Below are positions 31,231-44,549 of a stretch of 64,000 bases of DNA, piece by piece. Position 1 is the first letter of the stretch. Every line of letters starts with the position of its first letter. The stretch is taken from NCBI RefSeq assembly GCF_009914755.1, contig NC_060926.1. One strand, written 5' to 3'. The stretch is from the human T2T-CHM13v2.0 reference genome, Homo sapiens. The position numbers and the translations under genes were made by a program. The notes under the pieces are model-generated. The model worked only from the letters and a program-made list of their open reading frames with translations, was not told the origin of the DNA and did not search any database.

Positions 31231-32466
31231 GTGGTACTTCAAAAATGTTGAGAATTTTTGAACTTTGAATTCTGTATACCTTACAAACTCACTTTAGCAG
31301 CGGGGTGAATGGATGCTTATGTTGCCCGGACTATGGAAACAGAACTGCTTATCTGGAAATTTTATCTTTGCATCTGCACTTCTACCTCCCAAATTGCTCA
31401 AAGAAATGTAAGCATGGGAAGAAGAATAGGGTGAGTTTTAATGGGAAATGCACTAAAGGACCCTCAAGGATTAATTTCCAATGACACACTCTTCCAAAGG
31501 GCTAAACTACTGTATGTATTAGTTATATAAATTCATTATATATTATTTTTGGGGGCTGCCTTCAGTAATAACTACCTCACTACAAGCCATTTAAACTGTG
31601 TTTACAAGATAATACAAAATACACGGACTTTTAAAAACAAGAAAATTCACACATTAATGCACATTAATATAATGTTTGCCAGCATATTCTATTACCCTGG
31701 ATTCTTCCATTGATAAAACTAAACAAAAAAGCATAAAGCCTCTAGAGATATGAGGAATTGTTTTAATTAGGTATCATTTTTAGCAAGTATTTTTATGGGT
31801 CTTCACTCCTGATATAAATTCTGAAGTTTACATAAGCAGCTGCATCTTTATTCTTCACCTGTGTGATTTTGATCAATGAAATGATATTTTCAGCAGTAGA
31901 AATTTAAATCTTGGCTCTGGCCCATGAATTAGCTAATTGAGGGAATTCCAGTTGTAGATTTATTACAGCCATTGCAAAGGAGAAAAGCATATTGCTAATA
32001 AACAGCAGTCAGCCACATGTTTTAGACCAAGTGAGGACATCACTCACTCTGAGAGTTTTTAAAATTTGAATTAGCTGCATTTTATTCACCCACTTTGGCA
32101 GGCTTTTTTTTTTTTTTTTTTTTTTTTAGAAAACATTTGTCACAATATTCATATACATAAGCACTATTGCTTCTCTTTGTCAAAGGAGCCAATCCAACAC
32201 TCACATTGATCCTAGTCTCCCTCCTCCACCCCAACACTTGTTACTGAACCCAAATCTGATTCTAAATAAAGCAGTTTGGGGATGACAACCTGATTGTGGA
32301 AGCATTTTCCAATAGGGGTGAGCTAACGAGACTTAAAACTTGTACTAAATTTAGGAAGCCAGACCCAAATCTGAACTAGAAATATCACAGCATTAAATTT
32401 TCCCAAGGGGGGTTCTCTGGAGCCCATATTTGTGCCATATTCATATATATATATATATATATATAA

Positions 32467-32756
32467 TTTTTTTTTTGAGACAGAGTCTCACTCTGTCACC
32501 CAGGCTGGAGTGCTGACATGATCAAGCTCACTGCAACCTCTGCCTCCCAGGTTCAAGCGATTCTCCTTCCTCAGCCTCACAAGTAACTGGGATTACAAGC
32601 ACGCACCACCTTGCCTGGCTAATTTTTTGTATTTTTAGTGGAGATGGGGTTTCACCATGTTGGCCAGGCTGGTCTTGAACTCCTCATCCCAAGTGATCTA
32701 CTCATCTTGACCTCCCAAAATGCTGGGATTACAGGTGTGAGCCACCATGCCTGGCC
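32467..32756 (-). mobile_element. AluS-type SINE with adjacent (TA)n (32443-32465)
   Basis: Full dimeric antisense Alu: 'gagacagagtctcactctgtcacccaggctggagtg...tttcaccatgttggccaggctggtcttgaactcct...ccaccatgcctggcc'. Confidence 0.93.
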
Positions 32757-35151
32757 CAAAATACTTTTAATTAAACTTTAATGAAACTAAATTTATGACC
32801 ACAGCCTTTCATAACAGAGATATACACTTCACTGCAATCTCAAGCTGAGCTGAAACTTAGATGAGACTGCCAAATAAATCACCACATATCTTACAGTTAA
32901 AGAAAGCTAGATGGAATAAATAACCAAAAATTACAGTTGTCTTAAAATGGAGTAATCAGCCTTGAGAAATTAGTAGCTTTCTGTCACTGAAAGCATTTGA
33001 ACGAAGGCCAGATAGCCACTAACCAGTAATGTTATAGAGTATATCATGTGTTAAGAGGATTGTTTAAAGTATGCCCTCTGGTGTTACTGTTAATACTCAG
33101 GGGCTATAATTCCAAGAAAATGATGAATGAAAAATATTATCTGACAGGATTATTTGAAATCACTTATATATTTTTAAATGAGATAACATATCATTCAGGG
33201 CTCTTGGCCATAAGTAACAGCTACAATTTTAGATAACATAAAGAAATTAGTTATTTAGTGGCTCATAGATTAGAATCAGGCGAGATAAATTTGGGGAAAT
33301 GGGTGAATAAGAAGCCTAGGCAATGACAACGATAGCTAAGTCCAGGCTAAAGGACTAGACTGATTAGAATGCTGTTTGGTACCATGGCCATCTATGCTGC
33401 TGAACACAGCTGTGACTGAATACTTAAAACCAAGACCATAGGTCAATCCTTTTTTTGATGCACATCTTGCAAGATTCTGTGAAGCCCTCGCAAAGACAAT
33501 CTATCCCTTCCTCTTTGCATCACTTTCTCCAGAGTTTAAGCATTAAGGGATAGAAAGAGAGAGAAACAATTTGTCTCCCTTCACCTTCACAGTGAGGATG
33601 AGGGTCTTACTTTCCACTTAGATACAATGAGGTATTCCTCCAAAATGAGAAGTGAGTTCAGATGCTGATCTGTCAAGAAAAAGGAAAAATGTCTACGCCA
33701 GTGCTTTTATTAAATTTTTAAAAGATGTTGTGTCTTTTTAATGTTGATGAGTCCTTAGTCTATTGGGGGTGGGGGAGTTGGATTTGTAATTTTTGTGTTT
33801 TGCCTTACTTGTAAACTTTCTGATTTCCTATCTCCTGGCAGTATTTCCCAGAGCCATACCCTAGTTTCTCAGTAGAATACACGAGTAAATGACAATTTGT
33901 CATGGCCTATTCTATACTTTTATTTTCTCTGAATAGAACAAAGTAATCCATTTTGAGGAAATAGATGTCTCTTCCCAAGTCATAGTTTCCAATTAGATGT
34001 TTCCTAGGAAATGCCAGGATTGCTTATGGCCTGTTGTTAATAATCTGAAACTGCCTATTCTGTTAAATGTTAACTGTGGTATGGAAATGTGATGGTATCT
34101 GCATTAGAGTCCACTAATCAAAATAATTATACCCACTGGGCACATTTCACATGCCTTCACTTGAATAGGATCAAGTATCATTTAATAAGAACCCTTAGTA
34201 TAAAGCTGCATTCTCAAGAGGCTCCCTTTCCTTCAAACTGGATGAGCTCAGCATCTTTTACAGAGGGAGTGTTTGTATAGATGTGAAGGCCTCTATTTTG
34301 AAATACTGGGATATATGTTAGCACTACAGGACTCCTCTCCCTCCTATGATCCCACAGTGACATGAACACAACAGAGACTAGTATACTTGCCTGATTCTTT
34401 GGAGTCTTACTGAAAAGGTAATGAATAAAATTCAGGCCAAATCCAGTTAACTCATCCTCATACAACAGCATCCATACTTCTAAACCGATCATTGGAGTAG
34501 CCTTTATTCCTTGAGAGAAATATTATGAAGAAAAGAGACTGATGGAGCAAGTTTTACCCATAATTTAGAGGTGCATTTCTTTGGGACTTTCTCACCCAGT
34601 GATATTTTCTTCTTTGTTTTCCTACTATCTTGTGACGCAAAGCACATACTAATGAACACTGGAAGTATCCTGGCAATCCCTTCACCCTGGTAGTAAGATT
34701 ATTAGTATGATTTATACTATCTCTTCCTCAACAACCAGCATCTATCACTTTACAAATTAGATAAATATCAACATGATTACTACACATGAAGTAGAGAAAA
34801 AGTAAATAATCCTTGCACTACCTTCCAGTTTCACCAAGCTCACTGGAGGAAACTATGAACGTACTCAAGAATAGAAAGAATGCCAAATGTCACTAGATGA
34901 TACTGTTTATGACTTTCAATATTCAGGATACTCAAAATTTAAGGAACACTGTACAGGGGGACCATCAAAAGGGGGATATGGACAAAGATGGACTGCCTCA
35001 ACTGTAAAATTAGTAAAGCCTAACTGTTACCTACTTTTTGAACATTAAGACAGACAATTTTGTAAATGTACGTCACTGTCTTCAACAAATAGCACATGGC
35101 TTAAGAGGGTCACAGTTTCAAACAACATCTGATACTTTCTACTATATGTGG

Positions 35152-35545
35152 GTGTTAGCCCAGGTCCTCTGAGAAGCAGATAACCAGATGGCGTTAAATG
35201 TGCAAGGATTTTATGAGAACAGATGCCTATATGAGAGAAAAATTGGGCAGGAGTCAGAAAGGCTGGGTAAGCAGTCAGACCACAGTGCAGGTCTGTCCTG
35301 CAGTGAAGGACAGATAGGGGACAGAATGGAAGGAAGCACCTCAGAATCTATAGGCTAAGGGAATTCAGCAGGCCTCTTAGGGAGACCTGGAGTTCAGCAG
35401 GCCTCTTGGGGAGACCTGGAGCCAGTGTTCTGTCCCAAGAATGTGCCTGCCTTAATATACTCACCATGCTCAGTAACTGTGGGAAGAAGCCTAGGAATAG
35501 TGACGGATTTCAGAACACAGAAACTGGGGCTTTCTTTCATATATG
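35152..35545 (-). mobile_element. LTR16-like ERVL LTR with an internal 29-bp tandem duplication (35364-35421)
   Basis: 'ggtcctctgagaagcagataaccagatggcgttaaatgtgcaaggattttat...gtcagaccacagtgcaggtctg'; ttcagcaggcctctt(a/g)gggagacctggag twice. Confidence 0.65.
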
Positions 35546-37029
35546 TCTTCCAAAGCTTCACCCATAGAATAAAAAGATTTTTCTGTCATTGAAAAGGGTC
35601 AAAGATAAACTTCTGCAGACTCTCTCCTTATATCATGCAGTCTTGGTGTAGAAGTCGGCACCAGACCTGGGTAACTGCTAAGAGTTCTGTCACACTACCT
35701 GCATCATTGCCCTAGTTTTGTAAGTAGAGTCACCTCAAGACATGTTTTAACTTTCACTTTCTTTCACCTACATACTCCTAAACTGTCTGCAATAATACTT
35801 CTACTTTCAACTTCCCACTTATTTGGAACTTTTCATCACCTATCTCATTACTAAATGCAATGCTATTTTTTAAAGACGGAATCATTCTAGTGGACTTTTG
35901 CTGGCAGTGTCTGACTTCTGCTCACTCCCCTGAAATGCTCCTCTCTTGACTTCTGTGGCCCAGTGTTGCTTTAATTCTCTACATCTGTAATTACACCTTG
36001 TAGGCCTTTTTTATTCTGTCCTTTCACTTCTCCCAACCTTAAATGTTGACCTTTACCAAGTTTCTGTCCTTAGACTGCTTGTCTCTAAATATGTTTTTCA
36101 CTTACAGCACCAATTACTTTCCAGAATTCTAACTCCTGAACATGTCTACATGTTCTACATCTGAACTATTTTTGTAGCACCTGATATGCCTTTCCATGTA
36201 TTTTCTGGACTTTTTTCCATGGAGGTTTTGAAGGCATAGAACATGTTCAAAATCAAATGATTTCTTCTCTACTTTCTTATTTTAGGTAATGACACCATCC
36301 ATAAGTTGATTCTACCATGTGGAACTAGTAAAGAACCCCATTGTAAGTTGAGGAGCATTTCTAATACAAATTACCCTACATGTTAGTCAACAGATAAAGA
36401 AAACAATATACTTACGTCTCATATTTTAAAAGTTAATATTTTTTCCAAAATAAATTACTTAAGTAAATTAACTATATATAAAATAGAAAATTTGGAAACT
36501 TACACAATATAGCATATGCTATTGGGCTGTTTTTAATCTTTCAATATTTTATATTACTCTCAGTTAATATGCATATATGTAAATGTTTACCCTTCTACCT
36601 CCACATATCCAACTAGGTGAAAACCTAGCAGAGGAATCAATGGATCGTAATAAATATTTTGCCAAAATACTTTGTTAAAACAATACAACTAATACCTTCC
36701 AGAAATAACGTATACAAGTTTTCACTTTTCAATATAATGATGCAATAAATATGTTTATATAATTTCTGCAATTCATATGTAATTCCATTTGGTAAATGCT
36801 TAAAAGTGAATAAACTGGGATGTTGTTTTCTACAAGGTCCTATAGAAACTGCATAAAACTATAAAACTGGGAGTTACTATTATGATTTTTAATAATCATA
36901 GTCATTTTTATAACCAACTGGTATTTTATGATTATCTTAATTTTGTTTTTATTGTTACTCATAAAATTGAGCATTTTTAATGTATGTGTGTTTTATTCTA
37001 TTTTGTTTTTGGCGTTCATGTACCTAGAG

Positions 37030-37622
37030 GCTCAGCTCTTGGTTATTCTTCTTGTCTCTGTCTTCAGTCATTCCCATGGTAGTCTCATTCAGTCTCATGG
37101 CTTTAAATATCATCTGTATGTCCATAACTCCCAAATTCATATTTTCAATTCAGATCTCTCTTCACAATTTTGTCTACTCAACATCTCCATATAGATGTTT
37201 AATAAAAATATCAAATTTAACATTTTCAAAACTAAACACTCAATCTTCTCTCCAATATATTTCTCCCACTATTTCCATTATCTTCATTGATGACAACTTC
37301 ATCTTTCCAGGTACACAACCAAAAGCCTCAGTGTTATCACTGATCCCTTTTCTTTATTCCATAGCCTATCAATCAGTAAATCCCACTGATTCTACCTTCA
37401 AGATATAGCAAAATTCTGACTACATTTTATCTCTTCGACTGCAGTAGTTTGGATGTTTTATCTCTCCAGATCTCATGTTGAAAGTTAATCCCCAATGTGG
37501 CCGCACTGGGTGGTGGGGCAGTCTTCAGGTCCTGGGGTGGATCCCTCATGAATAGATTAATGATCTACCTGGTTAAGGGTGGTGAGTGAGTTCTTACTCT
37601 GATAGTCCTAGCAAGAGCTGCA

Positions 37623-37657
<35 letters not shown>

Positions 37658-38260
37658 CCCGGCATCTCCCTTTCCTCTCTCTCTTGCTTTCTATCTCACA
37701 ATGTGATCCCTGTACTTGCCACCTCCCCTTCACCTTCTACAATGAGTAGAAGCAGCCTGAAGCCCTCATCGGGACCAGATGTTGGAGACAAACTTTTTGT
37801 ACAGCCTGAAGAAACATAAGTCAAATAAACCTCTTTTCTTTATAAATTACCCAGCCTTGGGTATTCTTTTATAGCAACACAAATGGATTAAGACATTGAC
37901 TATTATACCTTAGTCTGAGAACATGGATTTCTGAAAGAGCCTCCTACTAGTCTCCTTGCTTTCCACTTCGTCCTATTAATCTGCCCTCAGCATAGTAGGC
38001 AGATATGTCCTTATAAGACCGAAGTAAGATTATGCCATTGTTCAGAACCCTTCATGGCTCTCCACTTCACTCTGAGTAAAAGCAAAGACCTTTAATATAT
38101 TACAAGCCTGTATGATCTGCCCCATTTCCTCTCTGATCTCATTCTTACCAATTTCCAGTCTACTCTAGCATTGTGGCTTGCTCTAATGACCTAGGCCTAT
38201 TCTTGCTTTGGAGACTTTGCACTGGCTGTTTTCTTTTCATGGAAAGTATATATTTTATTC
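37030..38260 (+). mobile_element. L2 fragment interrupted by an MST LTR
   Basis: 'ctcattcagtctcatggctttaaatatcatctgtatg...actcccaaatt', 'agaacccttcatggctctccacttcactctgagtaaaagcaaaga'. Confidence 0.75.
37440..37895 (+). mobile_element. MaLR solo LTR (MSTB-like) with internal A29 run
   Basis: tgcagtagtttggatgt...atctcatgttgaaagttaatccccaatgt...tatagcaacacaaatggattaagaca; TSD tcgac/ttgac. Confidence 0.88.
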
Positions 38261-39229
38261 ATTTGCTTGATTTATTTATCTCCTTTAAATATTTTCTCAA
38301 ATATCACTGTGGTAAAATACTTACGTAAATGGCCCCCAATGTTTTGTCCCTTCGTGTACCCACACTCTCTGCTTTGTGACTTTTTAGCTCCTCTAACAAG
38401 ATAGTTTATTTCTCTAACCTTCAAATTTGAATTCACCTTGTGACTTTTTTTGCCCAATAAAATGTGGCAGAATGATGATGTTCTGGTTGCCAGCCTAGAT
38501 CTCAAGATTGCTTGTGTTTCCCCTTACTCCCTCACTATCCTGTGCCTTCACTAGAAGAATATACCATAACTAGCTTGCTGAAGGTGAAATACATGGAGCA
38601 GAGTCAAAACATTTCATGAGTTCCAACCAAGGGCATCAAGATATGCCAATCCACAATCAAATATTACACGGGTGAGAGAGCCTCATTAGGACAAGAAAGA
38701 GTGCCTAGACAAACCCAGCCTAAATTTTTGACCTACACAGTAAGTTAAATAAACTTTTATTGGTGTATGTTAGTGAAGTTGGTGGTTGTTTGTTCTCAGT
38801 ATCATCATAGCAATAGATAACTTAGTACCTCTACTTGTGGTGCTACTATAAAAAAATAAAATATATGTTATTGACTTTGGTACCAGTCAGAGGACAGAGC
38901 TAGGAAATGATAAAGAAGATGAAGATATGACAAGAATACTGTTATAGAAGGCTGAAAAAGTAGTAACCCAGGTCTTACACTGCCAAAACAATTTCAAAAT
39001 TATCAAAGTCAATAACTTGAAATATAGAAAATGTACCTAATGAACTTTCGTACTTGTCCAAAGTTATATCCAGGCATAATTTTGGAAGCATGTGCTGAGA
39101 TTTTTTTCTACAGCAAAAGTTAAGGTATCATATGAAGCAGATGAACTCAGACAATAACTGATCAATTTGCAGAGAAAAGTATGGAGATAATAGGGAGGCC
39201 AGAACTTCCTGAGCTGGGAAACTAAACTA

Positions 39230-39565
39230 TAGTCACACATTGCTTAACGACACAAGCACATCTCAGAAATTTGTCATCAGGGGATTTCATCATGGTAGGA
39301 ACATCCTACTTCCAGAAACCTAGATGGTATTGCCTACTACACACCTATGCTATGTGAAATAGCCTATTGCTCCTAGGCTACAAACCTGTACAGCATGTTA
39401 CTGTACCAAATACTGTAGGCAATTATGACACAATGGTAGGTATTTCTTTATCTAAACATATGTGAACATAGAAAAGTACAGTAAAACTATGGTGTTATAA
39501 TCTTGTGAGACTACCATTGTATATGTGGTCCATTGTTGATTGAAACATTATGGAACACATAACTG
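39230..39565 (-). mobile_element. Tigger3a (MER7A) MITE
   Basis: 'agtcacacattgcttaacgac...cctagatggtattgcctactacacaccta...ctcctaggctacaaacctgtacagcatgttactgtac'. Confidence 0.85.
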
Positions 39566-40291
39566 CACTTCTTAATTTGAACCTCTTCAGCCAAGAAAAA
39601 TTATTTAAGTAAGACATGACTTCAGGGCACAGACAAAATCAAACGTGTAGCTATAGTTTCCTTTGTAATACCTCTAAAAGAATTAAGAGGTATTACAGGA
39701 AGCCTTTCAACCAGATAAAACAACTTCCGGTTGTTATAAGGGCATTTTCTTACAGCCCAACTAGAAATGATTCAGACAAGAGAAATTATTTGAAAGAAAT
39801 GTGAGCATAGCATTTGAAACATGGAAAAGAATAATTTCAAATACAGTACATAAAAAATCCAGAACGTTTTACGAGAGCCATATTGGCAAAAGCACTGCCA
39901 GTGTGCACAAAAATGTTGTGAGACTGAGAAAGAAAGAGACCCTGGACCCCCAACTTTCTATAGGCTGAAACAGATGTTCAGTATCAGGACAATTTCTTAA
40001 AAAGTGCCCAGCATGGGTGGAAAAGAAAGGACATCTCAGAAGGAAAAGCCAAAAGTAATTGAGAACAATAAACAGATAATTCATTTTTAAGGAGCAGAAC
40101 AAGACTCAAATAAAATAATATTCCCCCAAAACAGGGGAGAACCTGGAACTTCACCTCAATAAAATTTCAGAATTTCTATGGACCAGGGACTGCTATGTGC
40201 TTCTCGTTCTTTTCCTTTTCATAAATAATTTTCCCTGTTTTATCATTGTATGTTGAGCGCTTCAGAGGCACACATCTTTTTCTTGTTGTTA

Positions 40292-40655
40292 CAGTCATAC
40301 TTCCTTATCCATGGAAGATATGTCCCAAGACCCCAAATGAACGCCTAAAACCATGAATAGAACCAAATCCTACACATATTGTGATTTTTCAGTTTGATAA
40401 CAAAAGCAGCTACTAAGTGACCTATAGGCAAGCAGAGTGTACCTTATGAATATGCTAGACAAAGTGATGATTCATGTCCCAGGTGCAACACAGTGGGCTG
40501 GTGAGAGATTTCATCACACTACTTAGAACGTAGTATGATTTAAAACTCATGCATTGTTTATTTTTGAAAGTTTTCATTTAATATTTTCGGATCACAGTTG
40601 ACCATGAGAAACTGAAACTGTAGAAAGCAAAGCAACAGAGGAGGAGGAACTACCG
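40292..40655 (+). mobile_element. MER44A-like (Tigger7) MITE
   Basis: TA|cagtcatacttccttatccatgg...ccaagacccc...gagatttcatcacactact...gttgaccatgagaaactgaaactg. Confidence 0.8.
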
Positions 40656-40760
40656 TGCAGGTTTCTGGAACAAGAGGGGCCACATCCAGACCAATAGAAA
40701 TCACAAGATCTTAGACTCTGAATTTGATGCTGAGATTGGATGTGATTGTTGATAGTCATG

Positions 40761-41118
40761 TATCTTAGTCTGTTTGGGCTGTTATAACAAAATACTATAT
40801 ACTGCGTAGCTTATTAACAACAGAAATTTATTTCTCACAGTCCTGAAAGCTAGAACATCCAAGATCAAGGAGTCAGTGGATTTAGTGTCTGGTGAGGGTC
40901 CACCTTCTGGTTCACAGATAGCACCTTCTAGATATGTCTTCACATTGTGGAAGGGGTGCAAGAGCTCCTTTGGGCCTATTTTATGTGGGCAGTGGTGCCA
41001 TTCATGAGTGCGGCACTAACCATCTCCCAAAAGGCCCCACCTCCTAATACTATCATCTTGGAGGTTAGGATTTCAACATATGAATTTTGGTGGGAACACA
41101 AACATTCATATCATATCA
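40761..41118 (-). mobile_element. MLT1A-like solo LTR
   Basis: 'tatcttagtctgtttgggctgttataacaaaatac...ttaggatttcaacatatgaatttt'; TSD tcatg/tcatc. Confidence 0.85.
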
Positions 41119-42843
41119 TCATCAGATGGGAAGAACATATTTTTTATGTGGAAGGGATGTGAATAATTATACACTCCATGAGGGCAGACCATGATAGGTT
41201 GATTTTATTAGTAACTCCACTTCTCCCCATCTCTGTATGCACATGTTTACCAAGTAACTTTGTAGGTCTTCTAACTAAAAAGGTACAGTCGATTTCCTTA
41301 TGCTTTGAATGTGGGTTGGCTTTGTGATTTGTTTTGGTTAATAGAATGTGGCAGAGACCCTAATGTGACTGACCAAAAGAACTTCCCAATATAGATCACT
41401 GATTCATAGACATATCAGTTAAATGAATGTTTATTGTTACAAAACAAAAAGGTCTTGTCAACATATGTCCTGAGCTACTTTTTTTTTTCTTAATACTTAT
41501 CATCTTCTAACCTTATACACAATTGATTATCATTGTATCTCAGGTATGTAAGCTGGGCAAGGCATCTAATAAAATCTCTATGTTTATAAGATTAATTTAA
41601 GTTCATTTAATTAATTGAATTAAACTAGAGAGAATATCTGAGATAGATGGTCCTATTTTAGATAAATGCTTATGCAAACATTGAGTCATGGATTTGTTGC
41701 CCATTACATCTTCACATTGGACAGAGTACCCTGTAGAAGAGGTAGAAGCAGAAACAGGCATTGAGCATTACATCATCAGGATCAAATTAATCAGAATCAT
41801 CTCATGCAGTGATTATCTCACTGGCATTAAACTGGTCTCCTTTTTCAGATTTGATACCTCAACTTTGAAGACCCTTCCTAGATAGTTCCGCTTAATGGTA
41901 TGAGGGAAATCCTTCACTGTTAGCAATAATAACCTTGAGTTCCAGCTGACAAACCAACTCTATCTGTCCCACCTTCTAAGATCGCTCTCTTTCTATGTTG
42001 CAAACTATAATAACTATAACTATTTAATGAATGAGATATTTTAACATTGACTCTCAAATAATTATTAATTAACTAAAATCAATATTAATTCATATGTGCT
42101 TGGATTGAATTCTTTTCTATTTGTTTTAATAACTCACATTGAATATCACCATTGTCCATATTTGTTTTGCTTTCCACAGCTTAGAAGACACTTTATATAA
42201 TATAAAATAGCAGAAAAATAAACCATATAACAGTAACTGCCTTTATTTTCCATACTTCCTTAGCATCTTAGGAATAAGTCATGCATGTTATTAAAATATG
42301 AACCCAAGTTAATTAACAAAAATATTCCAAAATTATAATCTTTTCTGTTGCATCTGCAGCTAATTGTAATCTGCCAATAATCACACAGAAAGAAAAGACA
42401 AATCACAATAAATCTAAGTAGAAAGGTACAAGTAAATTGGACCATGAAAATGACATGTTTCTGTTTAAATGTCTTCCACAAATCCCAGAGAGATATGCTT
42501 GGACTTAGTCTAATTGGGTTTGCTACTTCCTCACAGTTTAATGCCTGAATAACTTCAATCGCATATGATGCTACTTATGCCAGCTAAACAAATTAATTAA
42601 TTAAGCTATTAGAATATATAGATCATATGAACTAGAAATCATCTGGCAATGTTAGTTTTATACTTGACCTAGTAAAGATTTTTTGGTTACCATTTTCAAT
42701 TGTTACTGATGAAGTGAAACTAGAAATTGGGATACAGTTTAAACATTGAAATGGATGATCCAGAAATAGTCTCTTATCACCCTACTATGGTAGTTTATTT
42801 TTTTATTTTTTTTTTTATTTCTATGTTTGCTATGCTTCCGCAG

Positions 42844-43227
42844 TGTTCTTGGCTGAACTACCCTCCAAAATTTTTATACGTTGGAGTCTTAATCTCCAGT
42901 ACTCCAGAATGTGGCTGTGTTTAGAAATTTGGTCTTCAAAAAAGGAAATTCAGTTAACATCAGGTCACATGCATGGGCCCTAATCACATAAGATTGGTGT
43001 CTTTATAAGAAGAGGTCAAAATGCAGATGCACATAGAGGGAGAACAATGTAAAAACACAGGGAGAAAACAACTACCTACAAGCCAAGGAGAGACACTTTA
43101 GAAGACATCAACCTTCCCATCACCTTGATCTTACACTTCTAGATTCCAGAATTGTGAATAAAATACTCATTGTTGAAGCCATCCAGTCTGTGGTACTTTG
43201 TTATGGCAAATGTAGGAAACTAATACA
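42844..43227 (+). mobile_element. MLT1B-like solo LTR
   Basis: 'ggccctaatcacataagattggtgtctttataagaagagg...cagtctgtggtactttgttatggca...aaactaataca'. Confidence 0.8.
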
Positions 43228-43399
43228 AACATTTGTGAAACATATTTTTCATGATAGTCCTTAAAAATCTTAAATCAAAATTTTGGTGTTCTGGAAAATA
43301 GACTTTGTTTATATTCAGATACCTCAGTAAGACAAGATATATAATGCTTTCATTTTAGGAAAAACTACCCTAAAATATGTCACTGAGACCGATTTGAGG

Positions 43400-43903
43400 C
43401 ATAAGGCAGAAATTCTTGGTTTCTTACCAGTGACCATGCTTTCTGCCTTCTTTACATAGAACTTCAATTGTTCCCAGAGAAGTAGTATAACTCTGTTGTA
43501 GCTATTAATGAACATGTGATCCAGTTTGGAGAAATGAGACTAAAGAGTAAATCTACTGGGTGTATCCTACAGGAAGGTTTTGTTGTTGTTGTTGTTGTTG
43601 TTGTTGTTTTTTAATACTATAAAAAGAGTAGGCTCAGCTGGCAGGTACCTTTGCTAGTACCTCTTTTTTTCCTGCCTAGAATATGAACAATATCTAAAGG
43701 CAGATAAGCCGTTTCGAAACCATGAAAAAATAAATATCATATGAAAAGCATAATGTCGTAGAAATTTTAAAGGGTCTTGGACTTTCCCTAAGAACTAATT
43801 TCCTCTGGCTTTCTCATAATGTGAGAAAAATGAGCCCCTATTTACTGAAGCTATTTTAGTTGGGTTTCTGGTACATCTACTCAAACATAATTCAAAGTGA
43901 TAC
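43400..43903 (+). mobile_element. MLT1J-like LTR containing (TTG)n at 43580-43606
   Basis: 'catgtgatccagttt', 'tgtgagaaaaatgagcccctatttactgaagctattttagttgggtttctg...tgataca'. Confidence 0.5.
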
Positions 43904-44299
43904 AAAGAGTTTTACTGATACAAAGGGTTTGTAAAGGTGCTTCCATTACAGGCCACTGTAATGGAACTTAAAGCACAAATTCTGTTTAGCTATGTTGGTT
44001 AAAGCATTAAGCTACTGGTGTTGCATGAAATTGAATCTTTAAAAAAATAGCATCATGCTGAGAAATGTTATGCAAAATAGAAATTATAGATTAACTCTTG
44101 TTATCCTTTCTTGTAATTGTTCACAAGGGGACTAAATATCAGGGAGTGAATGCTCAGTGAATATCCATAAATGGGTAAAGGTGTAAGTGCATTGTATTAA
44201 TAATTCTGTGGCAATAGCACTTCTTTAAAGGAAAATTACGATGGCACATACTCTGTAGCCAATACCATTTTGTTCACAGAAAACAGAGTTCAGAAAATA

Positions 44300-44533
44300 C
44301 AGATTGACTATCCCAAGCCCTGAAATCTGAAATCCCAAATGCTCCAAAATTCAAAACTTTTTCAGTGCTGATATGATGCTCAAAGGAAATCCGCACTGGA
44401 GGATTTTAGATTTCAGAGTTTCAGATTTGAGATGCTCAACTGATAAGTAATGCAAATATTCTGAAATCCTAAAAAATTAAAAATCCAAAATATTTCTTGT
44501 CCCAAGCATTTCAGACAAGGAACACTCAACCTG
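44300..44533 (+). mobile_element. Tigger4a (MER46/Zombi) MITE
   Basis: TA|cagattgactatccc...aaatgctccaaaattcaaaactttt...cccaagcatttcagacaaggaacactcaacctg|TA. Confidence 0.88.
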
Positions 44534-44549
44534 TATAGGAAAATATGAT

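Larger units (their letters stand above)
38308..41450 (+). mobile_element. MLT1H/G-like MaLR with LTR (38308-38829), internal region and partial second LTR (~41190-41450)
   Basis: Both LTRs share 'ttgtga(c/t)tt...aata(a/g)aatgtggcaga'; internal MLT-int motifs such as 'aacttgaaatatagaaaatgtacctaatgaact'. Confidence 0.6.

Noticed and set aside
35364-35421. 29-bp direct repeat considered as CRISPR-like
   Set aside because: Only two adjacent copies with no spacer, inside an LTR in eukaryotic DNA; a simple tandem duplication.
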